A DNA stretch of 53,441 nt, from positions 1 to 53,441 of the forward strand of contig JBMLPQ010000092.1 of assembly GCA_049242025.1 (NCBI GenBank), given 5' to 3'. The stretch comes from Sediminibacterium sp. Its GTDB lineage: Bacteria > Bacteroidota > Bacteroidia > Chitinophagales > Chitinophagaceae. Below the pieces are notes generated by a model that saw nothing but the letters and a program-made list of their open reading frames with translations, was not told the origin of the DNA and did not search any database. Each line of letters starts with the position of its first letter. The first letter of the stretch is position 1. Below are positions 1-9,862 of the stretch, piece after piece. The position numbers and the translations under genes were made by a program.

Positions 1-21
1 TTTCAAAATCCAATACCGTAA

Positions 22-109
22 ATATGCACAGCTTGTGGATAAGGAAGGTGGATAATTTGCCAACTCAAATCCACGTTGGTTTTGACCGATTATACACAGG
101 TGTCAATAA
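22..109. promoter_or_regulatory. DnaA-box cluster, candidate replication origin (oriC) segment
   Basis: Perfect TTATCCACA on the - strand at 34-42 and TTATACACA at 90-98. One-mismatch boxes at 22-30 (ATATGCACA) and 47-55 (TTATCCACC, - strand), a weaker box at 101-109. Followed by AT-rich non-coding DNA. Confidence 0.55.
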
Positions 110-263
110 GATTTTTAGGTAATTAAAGGTTTATTCAGTGTTTACTCTTTTTGACCAAAAGGTTAAACAAAAGACTAAAATTGGTTTTCTGGCAAGATCC
201 GGCTCAATAAATGCTTTAAACGAAAACTTTTCTGCATTTTTGCAAAGGACTATCTAAATTGGA

Positions 264-1025
264 ATGAAGCACGCGATCTACACACAAATCACTCAACGAA
301 AAAAGAATGGCAAGAAATCCTTTGCCGTACTCATAGATCCCGACAAAGTGAATGCTGAAAGTATTCATGAATTAGTAAAACTGTCTATTGAAGCGCATGT
401 TGATTACTTTTTTGTGGGCGGCAGTTTGGTGATATCCAGCCATTTAGACGAATGCATTCAGCAAATTAAAGCGGCTTGTAATATTCCCGTAATACTTTTC
501 CCCGGCTCTCCCTCTCAAATAAGTAAACACGCAGATGCTTTATTATACCTTTCTCTTATTTCAGGACGTAATCCTGAATTGTTAATAGGTCAACATGTTA
601 TTTCTGCTCCTTTTGTTAAAAAGTCAGGCCTAGAAATAATGCCTACTGGCTACATGGTTATTGATGGTGGAGCACCTACAACCGTCAGTTATATTTCAAA
701 TGCTTCACCTATACCTGCAGATAAAAGCGAGATAGCCATGTGCACTGCAATGGCAGGCGAAATGCTCGGAATGCAATTAATTTATATGGATGCAGGTAGT
801 GGAGCTAAACGTGCAATAACGGAACAAATGATTGAAAGTGTGGCCAAACATATAGATGTACCATTGATTGTAGGTGGTGGCATTACTGAGCCAGAAAAAG
901 CATATTTAAATTGTAAAGCTGGTGCCGATATCATTGTGGTGGGTAATGCAATAGAAAAAGACGTGTCACTCATTAAAGAAATTAGTGCCGCTATCCATTC
1001 TGTTGCAATTGTAAAAATGGGCTAA
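264..1025 (+). CDS. geranylgeranylglyceryl/heptaprenylglyceryl phosphate synthase (PcrB/GGGPS family)
   Basis: LIDPDK, VGGS, LFPG, LSLISGRNP, YMDAGSGA, VGGGI and VVGNAIE motifs. Confidence 0.93.
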   Translation: MKHAIYTQITQRKKNGKKSFAVLIDPDKVNAESIHELVKLSIEAHVDYFFVGGSLVISSHLDECIQQIKAACNIPVILFPGSPSQISKHADALLYLSLISGRNPELLIGQHVISAPFVKKSGLEIMPTGYMVIDGGAPTTVSYISNASPIPADKSEIAMCTAMAGEMLGMQLIYMDAGSGAKRAITEQMIESVAKHIDVPLIVGGGITEPEKAYLNCKAGADIIVVGNAIEKDVSLIKEISAAIHSVAIVKMG

Positions 1026-1033
1026 ATAAGTGA

Positions 1034-1642
1034 ATGATTCAATCGTCTCTTTTTGAGGAGGAACAACCGAATATATTGCCTTACGATGGTATTGCGCATT
1101 ATTATGGCAGTATCTATAACCACGAAGAATCTAATTATTTTTTAAATACTTTATTGAATACGATAGATTGGCAAAATGACCAGATAAAAATTTTTGGTAA
1201 ATTAATCGTAACCAAAAGAAAAGTTGCTTGGTATGGAAGCTTGCCATTTGAATATCGTTATTCTAACACTACCAAAAAAGCGCTTCCTTTTACGCCAGCG
1301 CTCATTGCACTAAAAGAGAAAATAGAAGCAGTTTCAGGTGAAACTTACAATTCATGTTTATTGAATTTATACCACAACGGAAATGAAGGAATGGGATGGC
1401 ATAGCGATGCAGAAGCCGAATTGAAAAAAGATGGAGCGATTGCTTCACTTAGTTTTGGGGCCGAAAGAAAGTTTCTATTCAAGCATAAAGTATCTACGGA
1501 AAAAAGAGCGATTTTTTTACAATCTGGAAGTTTGTTGGTCATGAAAGGAGCTACACAAACGCATTGGGTACACCAACTTCCTGCAAGTAAAAAAATAAAA
1601 GAGCTAAGAGTGAATCTCACTTTTAGAACAATAGTAGAATGA
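1034..1642 (+). CDS. AlkB-family 2OG-Fe(II) dioxygenase (ALKBH2/3-like)
   Basis: NSCLLNLY, WHSD (HxD), WVH and RVNLTFR motifs. Confidence 0.92.
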   Translation: MIQSSLFEEEQPNILPYDGIAHYYGSIYNHEESNYFLNTLLNTIDWQNDQIKIFGKLIVTKRKVAWYGSLPFEYRYSNTTKKALPFTPALIALKEKIEAVSGETYNSCLLNLYHNGNEGMGWHSDAEAELKKDGAIASLSFGAERKFLFKHKVSTEKRAIFLQSGSLLVMKGATQTHWVHQLPASKKIKELRVNLTFRTIVE

Positions 1643-2895
1643 AGAAAAATAAATTCTCAATAAAGGGATTTTGGAAAAAATTAGGACCAGGATTAGTTAC
1701 TGGCTCTAGTGACGACGACCCATCTGGCATTGCAACCTATTCGCAAGCTGGGGCACAATTTGGGCTTACCACTTTGTGGACTGCATTTATTACTTTCCCA
1801 TTGATGGCAGCTGTACAAGAAATGTGCGGAAGAATTGGATTAGTTACTAAACAAGGGCTTTCTGGCACTTTGAAAACCTATTACCCAAGACCAGTTCTGT
1901 ATATCATGATCTTGTTTAGCTTTCCTGCTATTGTATTAAATATTGGAGCTAATATAGCTGGAATGGGTGCAGTGGGCACGCTTCTATTCCCCTCAATAGA
2001 TGCTAATTATTTCAGTGTTTGTTTCACGGTTATTTTACTGATTTTAATTATTTATTTACCCTACGAAAAAATTGCTTCCGTATTAAAATACTTATGCTTG
2101 GTATTATTGGTGTACATCTTTGTACCTTTTTTTTACAAACAAGATGTTAAAGCAATTTTATCAAATACATTTTTTCCAAAAATTCATTTTACGAAAGAAT
2201 ACTTGGCAACATTGGTAGCCATTTTAGGAACGACCATTTCTCCTTATCTTTTTTTCTGGCAGGCTACTATGTCGGTAGAAGACTTAAAGCATAGAAAAAA
2301 GAAATTGGTAGTCGATAAAAAAATCATTGCAGCAATGCGCCAAGATATCGACACTGGAATGTTGTTTTCGAATATAGTTATGTACTTTATTATTCTAACC
2401 ACAGGGACTGTGTTATTTAATGCTGGCATACATCAAATCAATACCGTTGAGGAAGCTGCGCAAGCTTTACAACCATTAGTAGGCGATGCCGCGTATATAC
2501 TTTTTGCAGTAGGTATCATAGGCACAGGTTTCTTAGCTATACCCGTATTAAGCGGGGCTTTATCTTATATGATTACTGAAATTTTTTCTTGGGAAAATGG
2601 CCTAGATAAAAAGTTTCATGAAGCAAAAGCATTCTATACAATTATCATAATCTCCCTTTTATTAGGACTTACCATCAACTACATTGGTATTTCTCCTATA
2701 AACGCCTTAATATACTCAGCTATTTTGTACGGATTAACTGCACCTGTATTAATTGGCATTATTCTTCATATTGCCAATAATAAAAAAGTGATGGGAACTT
2801 TTTGCAATGGTATTTGGTCTAATATTTTAGGAGGCATAGCGTTGGTTTTAATGTTGGTTGCAGCGATTAGTCTATTGCTGCTGAATATTTTTTAA
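1639..2895 (+). CDS. NRAMP-family divalent metal transporter (non-canonical DPSG/TISPY type)
   Basis: LGPGLVTGSSDDDPSGIATYSQAG, multiple TM helices, GTTISPY. Confidence 0.88.
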   Translation: MKKNKFSIKGFWKKLGPGLVTGSSDDDPSGIATYSQAGAQFGLTTLWTAFITFPLMAAVQEMCGRIGLVTKQGLSGTLKTYYPRPVLYIMILFSFPAIVLNIGANIAGMGAVGTLLFPSIDANYFSVCFTVILLILIIYLPYEKIASVLKYLCLVLLVYIFVPFFYKQDVKAILSNTFFPKIHFTKEYLATLVAILGTTISPYLFFWQATMSVEDLKHRKKKLVVDKKIIAAMRQDIDTGMLFSNIVMYFIILTTGTVLFNAGIHQINTVEEAAQALQPLVGDAAYILFAVGIIGTGFLAIPVLSGALSYMITEIFSWENGLDKKFHEAKAFYTIIIISLLLGLTINYIGISPINALIYSAILYGLTAPVLIGIILHIANNKKVMGTFCNGIWSNILGGIALVLMLVAAISLLLLNIF

Positions 2896-2941
2896 AATAG
2901 TGTACCTTTAAAAGAAGAGCTAATAGACTTAATTAAAACCA

Positions 2942-3886
2942 ATGTCTAAAAAAATACTTTTATCGATTTTAGTACTTCTCTCCTTTTCTATTATTTCATT
3001 TGCGCAATTAAAAGAAGGTGAAGGAAAAACAAATGTTCATGGGGGTCAAATTTGGTATAGAGTGATTGGCAAAGGAAAGGGCACTCCTATTCTTATGCTG
3101 CACGGAGGTCCTGGAGGAACAAGCAGGTCTTTTTATCAATTTGAATCTATTGGTAATGATCGACCCATTATCTTATTTGATCAATTGGGTAGTGGAAGAT
3201 CGGATTATCATACCGATACTAGATTATTGACCATCCCTTTTTTTATTGAACAAGTTAAATCAATAGTAACCAAGCTAAAGCTTGAATCATTTTATTTACA
3301 TGGCCATTCATGGGGAACTGCTTTGGCATTAGAGTATTACTTACAAAACCCCAAAGGAGTAAAAGGTATTATATTCAACAGCCCTTACTTTAGTACTAAA
3401 CTTTGGAAAAAAGATGCAGACATTTTAATTAAAACCCTACCTGATAGCATTCAAGTTGCCATAGCCAACGGGGAAAAAACAGGAGACTTTAATAGTGCTG
3501 CATATATAAATGCAAATACCGTTTACGCAAAAAATTTTGGTGTTAGAAATAGTAGGCTTACCAGTAAATTAGATACCATTATGGCTTCTAGCAATGGCTT
3601 TATTTATAATTATATGTGGGGACCTACTGAATTCACCGCTACTGGAACACTAATTAAATATGATCGAGTTAAAAAATTAAAAAACATCAAAGTACCTTCC
3701 CTTTTTATTACGGGAGAATATGATGAAGCGAGGCCGGAAACTGTTCGTTATTTTAGTAGTTTAGTTAAAAATAGCCAATTTGGAATTATTGAAGGAGCAG
3801 GTCATGGAACCATGCACGACAACAAAGAAAAAAATATTCAATTGATAAAAGACTTTATTCAAACAGTAGAGCAAATAAATAAATAA
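2942..3886 (+). CDS. proline iminopeptidase-family (S33) alpha/beta hydrolase with signal peptide
   Basis: LHGGPG, DQLGSGRS, GHSWG nucleophile, GEYDEA, AGH; N-terminal signal peptide. Confidence 0.88.
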   Translation: MSKKILLSILVLLSFSIISFAQLKEGEGKTNVHGGQIWYRVIGKGKGTPILMLHGGPGGTSRSFYQFESIGNDRPIILFDQLGSGRSDYHTDTRLLTIPFFIEQVKSIVTKLKLESFYLHGHSWGTALALEYYLQNPKGVKGIIFNSPYFSTKLWKKDADILIKTLPDSIQVAIANGEKTGDFNSAAYINANTVYAKNFGVRNSRLTSKLDTIMASSNGFIYNYMWGPTEFTATGTLIKYDRVKKLKNIKVPSLFITGEYDEARPETVRYFSSLVKNSQFGIIEGAGHGTMHDNKEKNIQLIKDFIQTVEQINK

Positions 3887-3894
3887 ATTACATC

Positions 3895-4728
3895 ATGAAA
3901 ATTTTAGTAACCACCGACTTCTCCATGAACTCTAAAGCAGCTATCCAATATGCTGCAAACTTTTCTAAACAAATGAAAGGTGCAGAGTTGATTTTTTATT
4001 CTGCTGTTGAAATGATGCAACCTGCTTCTTGGAATTTATCTTTTTACAAAAAATATGCAACAGAGGAAAAAATCAGATTAACCAAAGACCTAGAAAAATT
4101 TGTAAAATCTACTATAGGTCCAAATAAAGCAGCCTTAATAGGTTGTAAATATATCATTGAATTTACCCAAGGAACTGAAAAAGCAATCATTGAATATGCG
4201 GCAAAAAGTAAATGCCAATTCATTTGTATAGCTACCAATGGCGCGGGCGTTTTAAGAAAATTAATGGGCACACACACTTCTTATTTAGTAAACCATTCCA
4301 CTGTTCCAGTAATGGCAATTCCTTCTAAGTATAAAACTAAAGCCATCAAAAAAATTACTTACGTTTCAGATTTTGAGAATTTAAGTACTGAACTCAATAA
4401 GGTTTCTAAATTGAATGACTTACTTAAATCTCAAACAGAGGCTATACACTATGCACGCATGGGTACTAATCATCCTGAAACGATTAAAAAAAGCAAAATT
4501 TTTGCCAAACCTGCCTTTAGTGGAATTAAAGCAAATATATTAGAAACCAATATTGAATATTCATTAGTAGAACGCTTAACAAAATATATTGGGAAGCAAC
4601 ATCCCGATTTGATTATTTTATTTACGAGACAGAAAAAGGGATTCTTCGAGCAACTATTTTTGCCTAGCAAAGCCGCAGAACTGACTTTTTCTACAAAAAT
4701 CCCCACTTTGATTTATCCAAAGAAATAA
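3895..4728 (+). CDS. universal stress protein (tandem USP domains)
   Basis: MKILVTTDFS start, LMGTHTSYLV..S.VPV motif, second USP-like half. Confidence 0.85.
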   Translation: MKILVTTDFSMNSKAAIQYAANFSKQMKGAELIFYSAVEMMQPASWNLSFYKKYATEEKIRLTKDLEKFVKSTIGPNKAALIGCKYIIEFTQGTEKAIIEYAAKSKCQFICIATNGAGVLRKLMGTHTSYLVNHSTVPVMAIPSKYKTKAIKKITYVSDFENLSTELNKVSKLNDLLKSQTEAIHYARMGTNHPETIKKSKIFAKPAFSGIKANILETNIEYSLVERLTKYIGKQHPDLIILFTRQKKGFFEQLFLPSKAAELTFSTKIPTLIYPKK

Positions 4729-5873
4729 TGCCCATTATGTCATTGGTACAATTAGGATTGGGTTTATGCATAACCTGCATATTGCATATTTCCACACAGG
4801 CACAAAGCACAAAGAGAGCTCGTGATTTTGGTATACATATTGGTGTTTTAAAACCAGGATTGTTAAATAGTATTACCGATGTAAATGGAGTTACTGTAGG
4901 ACATAGTACCATCAAAAAAGGAGATACTGTTAATACAGGGGTAACTGTTATTATTCCCCATCAAGGAAATATTTTTCAGCAAAAAGTTCCTGCTGCTGTG
5001 TACACTGGAAACGGGTTTGGAAAGCTTGCAGGAAGTACTCAAATAAATGAATTAGGAAATATAGAAACGCCTATAGCACTCACCAACACTTTAAGTGTTT
5101 CTGCAGCGATGAATGGATTGATCAGTCATACACTTGACAAGGCAGGAAATGAAAAAATAAGTTCTGTCAATGCAGTTGTAGGGGAAACCAATGATGGATT
5201 CTTAAATGATATCAGAGGCAGGCATGTAAGCGAACAAAATGTATTAGAAGCAATTAAAAATGCTACTTCAGCACAAGTAATAGAAGGTGCTGTGGGTGCT
5301 GGCACAGGTACGGTTTGTTTTGGCTTTAAAGGCGGTATTGGAAGTGCATCTAGAAAATTACCTAGCAGCTTAGGAGGATATACTGTTGGCGTATTGGTTC
5401 AATCAAATTTTGGGGGTGTATTAACCATTGATGGAATTGCTGTTGGCGAATTCTTACAAAAATTTAGTTTCAGCAACGAGCTTTTAAATAATGTAGATGG
5501 ATCATGTATGATAGTTGTAGCAACTGATGCCCCCTTAGATCATCGCAACCTAATGAGATTAGCCAAAAGAGCCATGTTGGGTTTAGGGAGAACAGGTGGG
5601 ATTGCTTCCAATGGAAGTGGTGATTATGTAATTGCTTTTTCAACATTTGAACAAAACAGGGTTTTACACCAAACAAATAATGAGCCTAAATCAACCTTGA
5701 TTTTACCCAATGATTCAAACTCGCCGCTATTTATGGCAACCATTGAAGCAACAGAAGAAGCCATTATTAATTCGCTTTTTGCTGCAGTTGACACAAAAGG
5801 CTTCAACGGAAACAAAGTTGCTGCCCTACCCGTTCAACAATTATTGCCATTATTTATAAAAGAGAAAAAATGA
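4728..5873 (+). CDS. DmpA/P1 (S58) family aminopeptidase
   Basis: NSITDV.GV.VGH, NGFGK, ETNDG, GAVGAGTG, GFKGGIGSASR, DG/SC autoproteolysis site, GSGDY. Confidence 0.92.
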   Translation: MPIMSLVQLGLGLCITCILHISTQAQSTKRARDFGIHIGVLKPGLLNSITDVNGVTVGHSTIKKGDTVNTGVTVIIPHQGNIFQQKVPAAVYTGNGFGKLAGSTQINELGNIETPIALTNTLSVSAAMNGLISHTLDKAGNEKISSVNAVVGETNDGFLNDIRGRHVSEQNVLEAIKNATSAQVIEGAVGAGTGTVCFGFKGGIGSASRKLPSSLGGYTVGVLVQSNFGGVLTIDGIAVGEFLQKFSFSNELLNNVDGSCMIVVATDAPLDHRNLMRLAKRAMLGLGRTGGIASNGSGDYVIAFSTFEQNRVLHQTNNEPKSTLILPNDSNSPLFMATIEATEEAIINSLFAAVDTKGFNGNKVAALPVQQLLPLFIKEKK

Positions 5874-6694
5874 ATGAACGGTATATTAGCGTGAATGGAG
5901 AAATAATGCAAGCAAATAGTTTGTGCATATCCGCATCCGATTTAGCCATTCAAAGAGGCTATGGCATTTTTGATTTTTTGGTTACGGTTAATAGCAAACC
6001 CATTTTTTTAGAAGACCATATCCGTCGATTCTATTCTTCCGCATTATCCATGCACTTACCAGTTCTGTTAAATCAGTCTGCGCTTATTGATGCAATAGAT
6101 CAATTAATGCAAAAAAATAACTTACCCAATTCAGGCATTCGTATTACGCTTACTGGAGGGGACTCACCTGATGGCTATTCTATTGGGAATCCCAATTTAA
6201 TCATTAGCCAATCCCACTTTAATTACCAAAATCAGGTATTTGAAAAAGGACTGAAACTAATTTCTTACGAACACCAACGACAGTTACCCTTTATCAAAAC
6301 CATCGACTATTTAAAAGCCATTTACTTACAACCTACTATTAAGTCTGCAGGAGCGGATGATGTATTGTATTTTTTTAACGGTTTAGTTACCGAGTGCCCT
6401 AGGGCTAATTTTTTTATGGTAACTGCAAACGGGGAAGTACTTACGCCAAAAGATAATATTCTTCATGGTGTAACTCGAAAACACGTACTCAATCTAAAAG
6501 GTTATACTATCAAAGAAGCCAATATCTCTTTGGAAATGCTGGCTTCAGCCAAAGAAGCTTTTATCAGTAGTTCAACTAAAAATATTTTACCTGTAACTGC
6601 AATCAATGGCAATGCTATAGGTGATGGAATGCCTGGTCCTATTACACGTAATTTGTACCAACAATTAATCCAATTAAAAGATATTTCTTTTTAA
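5870..6694 (+). CDS. class IV PLP aminotransferase, probably D-amino-acid transaminase
   Basis: QRGYGIFDF, H..RF..SA, catalytic Lys in IKTIDY, ECPRANFF, ILHGVTR, EAFISSS. Confidence 0.88.
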   Translation: MNERYISVNGEIMQANSLCISASDLAIQRGYGIFDFLVTVNSKPIFLEDHIRRFYSSALSMHLPVLLNQSALIDAIDQLMQKNNLPNSGIRITLTGGDSPDGYSIGNPNLIISQSHFNYQNQVFEKGLKLISYEHQRQLPFIKTIDYLKAIYLQPTIKSAGADDVLYFFNGLVTECPRANFFMVTANGEVLTPKDNILHGVTRKHVLNLKGYTIKEANISLEMLASAKEAFISSSTKNILPVTAINGNAIGDGMPGPITRNLYQQLIQLKDISF

Positions 6695-6724
6695 ATTTAG
6701 GAACCAAAAATTAAATCATACACA

Positions 6725-7774
6725 ATGAATAAGTTCAATGTAACATTGGTGTTCTTCTGCTTGACTACACTGTTTGGTTGTATAAGGTTCAACAATGAAA
6801 CAACTGTAAATAAAGAATATTTTAAACCTACTTCAAATTCTGTACAAAATGGTGGAGTTCAAATGATTCCAATTTCAACTAAAAGTGGAACGTTTAATGT
6901 TTGGACAAAAAGAATTGGGAATAACCCTACCATGAAATTATTACTATTGAATGGTGGTCCTGGCGCCACACATGAATATTTTGAATGCTTCGAAAATTTC
7001 ATGCCAGCGGAAGGGATTGAAATCATATACTATGATCAATTGGCTTGCGGTAATTCACAGGATCCAAAAGATACGAGTCTATTTGATTTAGCGAGATATG
7101 TGGATGAAGTTGAGCAGGTTAGAAAAGCACTCAACTTAAACCAAGAAAATTTTTACTTATTAGGCCATTCTTGGGGAGGAATTTTGGCAATGGAATATGC
7201 ACTGAAATACCAGCAAAACTTAAAAGGGGTAATCATCTCTAATATGATGAGTGACGCCATTGAGTATGGAAAATACGCTGATGAGGTTTTAGCAAAAAAA
7301 ATGGATCCCAAAATTTTAGACACCATTAGAGGTTTAGAAGCAAAGAAAGATTTCGGCAATTCTAAGTATATGGACTTGCTTTACAATCATTTTTATACCA
7401 AGCATATTTTAAGAATGCCATTAAGCGATTGGCCAGAACCTGTAAATCGTTCTTTTGCAAAAATGAATCAAGGACTTTATGTTACCATGCAAGGTCCTAG
7501 CGAGTTTGGTATATCTGGAAAATTAACAACTTGGTCCGTAAAAAATCAACTTAATAAAATTAGTGTGCCCACATTAGTGGTAGGCGCAGAACATGACACC
7601 ATGGATCCTGCTCATATGAAATGGATGGCAGGAGCAGTAGAAAACGGTACTTACTTATATTGTGCTAATGGAGGGCATATGAGTATGTATGATGACCAAG
7701 AAACTTATTTTAAAGGATTAATTCATTTCATGAATGGTGTAAATAAAGGAGAAAAGAAAAACATCACTCCTTAA
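6725..7774 (+). CDS. proline iminopeptidase-family hydrolase, predicted lipoprotein
   Basis: LFGC lipobox, LLNGGPG, YDQL..G.S, GHSWGG, DTM, GGH. Confidence 0.88.
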   Translation: MNKFNVTLVFFCLTTLFGCIRFNNETTVNKEYFKPTSNSVQNGGVQMIPISTKSGTFNVWTKRIGNNPTMKLLLLNGGPGATHEYFECFENFMPAEGIEIIYYDQLACGNSQDPKDTSLFDLARYVDEVEQVRKALNLNQENFYLLGHSWGGILAMEYALKYQQNLKGVIISNMMSDAIEYGKYADEVLAKKMDPKILDTIRGLEAKKDFGNSKYMDLLYNHFYTKHILRMPLSDWPEPVNRSFAKMNQGLYVTMQGPSEFGISGKLTTWSVKNQLNKISVPTLVVGAEHDTMDPAHMKWMAGAVENGTYLYCANGGHMSMYDDQETYFKGLIHFMNGVNKGEKKNITP

Positions 7775-7781
7775 ATTCCTT

Positions 7782-8357
7782 TTACAGCTTAATCCAGAAT
7801 TTCAACTCTTCATTACTACCTACTCCTACCACTTGGTAGGTACAAGGCATTTCATTTTCTGAACTGTGAAACGTAGCAATTCTGGTTCCTGCTGGTAATT
7901 TATTGAGTTGCTTGTATAATTTTCTATTATACAAATTGAACAATTCAGGACGCTGAACAACTGTTTGATCAATAGCATCATTGTCTATTAGATTTTCATA
8001 AAAAGCATTATAAAAATAGAAATGTTGGTATTGGGTAAAATCAATATCAGTAAAATTACCTGTTAAGAATTGGGTATTTGTTAGTGATAATTTATCCGAC
8101 ACTAGTTGGGCAATTTGGGTAAGTGGTTCCCGCTGTTCTATCCCTGTAAAAATGGCACTGGGATGAAATTGAGCCCCAATCATACAAAACTTACCAACAC
8201 CACTGCCAATATCTAAAATTCGGGCATTTACACCAACTGCTAAGAAAGCAGCAGCTTCTTTAGCAACACTTAATGGCGTCCAATGCCTGCTAGCCAATGC
8301 CGAAATTTCAGTGGAGTAAAGCTGATTAAATTTTTCGTCAGAACTAAAGCAATCCAT
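7782..8357 (-). CDS. class I SAM-dependent methyltransferase
   Basis: ILDIGSGVGKF motif I, GIEQR, FYFYNAF. Confidence 0.85.
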   Translation of the reverse strand: MDCFSSDEKFNQLYSTEISALASRHWTPLSVAKEAAAFLAVGVNARILDIGSGVGKFCMIGAQFHPSAIFTGIEQREPLTQIAQLVSDKLSLTNTQFLTGNFTDIDFTQYQHFYFYNAFYENLIDNDAIDQTVVQRPELFNLYNRKLYKQLNKLPAGTRIATFHSSENEMPCTYQVVGVGSNEELKFWIKL

Positions 8358-8372
8358 TTACAAATATCAATA

Positions 8373-9032
8373 TTATAAAAGAGATTTAATTTGGTAATTA
8401 CTCATGGTTAAATAAATAGCACCGGTTTTGGTTCCTGCTGATTTCATTTTTTTACGATCGAGCTCTGTATCTTTTCCCATAAAATTAATGGGGATACGAA
8501 TTTTTTCAATCTCAAAATTTACCGTTACTTTATCTGGCAAGACTTTTGCATCAGTATTGTATTGAAAACTCAATAGGTAAGATCCATCTTTCTTCGTATT
8601 AATTTCGGACTCCATCACTCTTCTTAGTTTGGTGTCAATTAATATGGTGGCAATAGAAAAATCAGCCCTTTTATCAGTAGGAATGATATTAATTGCCTTA
8701 TACATCTTGGTGCCTCGTTGCTCCAATCCCCTATCAACTGTTATAAAAGAATATTCCAATAAGCTGTTCAGTGAAAAGTCTAATCCACGCTTTGGTAACA
8801 TCACAAAGTCATCAGATGAAAATTTCACTTTTTTACCCTTAGCATAATACATCTGTGCTTTCTTAACAGGCATATTAATAAATGAAATATCTACTTCCAA
8901 TTTTAATTGGGTGCTAAACGATATGATGGAATCAAGCCTACTTTTCACTTTCAATAAATCTGCATCAATCTCCTGTGCAGATAAACCCATCCACAAAATT
9001 TGAAAAATAAATAGAATTGCTGCCCTTTTCAT
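8373..9032 (-). CDS. exported hypothetical protein, possibly LolA-like fold
   Basis: Start moved to ATG 9032 (MKRAAILF signal peptide), which overlaps the upstream stop as TAATG; beta-rich pattern reminiscent of LolA. Confidence 0.6.
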   Translation of the reverse strand: MKRAAILFIFQILWMGLSAQEIDADLLKVKSRLDSIISFSTQLKLEVDISFINMPVKKAQMYYAKGKKVKFSSDDFVMLPKRGLDFSLNSLLEYSFITVDRGLEQRGTKMYKAINIIPTDKRADFSIATILIDTKLRRVMESEINTKKDGSYLLSFQYNTDAKVLPDKVTVNFEIEKIRIPINFMGKDTELDRKKMKSAGTKTGAIYLTMSNYQIKSLL

Positions 9033-9862
9033 TACCCTATATCTTTTTTGTGAAACCAATATATACCTGCCCCCATAAAAAGCATGCAATAAGCAAAGCT
9101 TAGAACACTATTAAAAATGACTTGCTGCCAATTAATGGTATAATAAAAGAAGTACTGCCAGGTATCATTCAGTTTGGCAAAAAACAGTTGATTAAACCAA
9201 TTGTCGCCAAAATCAACTTTCAATAAGATATTCGAAAGGATTAGAAAAAAGGCAGATACAATCCATGTTTTTGTAGCTTCTTTAAATAGAATTGCTATGG
9301 TTAAACTTGCAACTGAAAAAAATACCATCGATAAAGCGCCAGATAAAAATGACCACTGTAAGCGTTTAATAGCATCAGTTGCATCAAAAAAATTCAAGCC
9401 ATTCAAATATACCACCAAGTCTCCTTTTCCAAAAAAAGCATAGGACAAACCAAATGAACTAGCAGCCAATAATCCAACAACTATCAGCGTAAAACCTATT
9501 GCTACTAAGTATTTACTTAAAATATATTTCCATTTGCTTACAGGTTGAAGCATAATGGTCTGTAACGTTCTATCTTTGTATTCTGATGTTAAAGTTCCTG
9601 ATACCACTATCATAAGTATTAAAGGCAAATGAAACCAAAGGGTGTTGAGAATTAAATAAATTAATAAGTTTCCATTCAATAAAGTTCCTTCAAAATAAAA
9701 TCTTTGTTTCAAGTTCTCTAGGAGCAAATCAATAATGGTGGTACCTTGAAAATAAGCACTAAATAAAATCAAAAGCTCAATAGAAAAGAGTGCCCCCAAA
9801 GCATAGTAAGTTTTACTTTGCTTAAAAAGTTTATATATTTCTGCCTTTAATAAGTATTGCAT
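9032..9862 (-). CDS. ABC-2 type transporter permease
   Basis: LLKAEIYKL start, SEY...TLQTIMLQPVSKWKYILSK motif, about 6 TM helices. Confidence 0.88.
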   Translation of the reverse strand: MQYLLKAEIYKLFKQSKTYYALGALFSIELLILFSAYFQGTTIIDLLLENLKQRFYFEGTLLNGNLLIYLILNTLWFHLPLILMIVVSGTLTSEYKDRTLQTIMLQPVSKWKYILSKYLVAIGFTLIVVGLLAASSFGLSYAFFGKGDLVVYLNGLNFFDATDAIKRLQWSFLSGALSMVFFSVASLTIAILFKEATKTWIVSAFFLILSNILLKVDFGDNWFNQLFFAKLNDTWQYFFYYTINWQQVIFNSVLSFAYCMLFMGAGIYWFHKKDIG

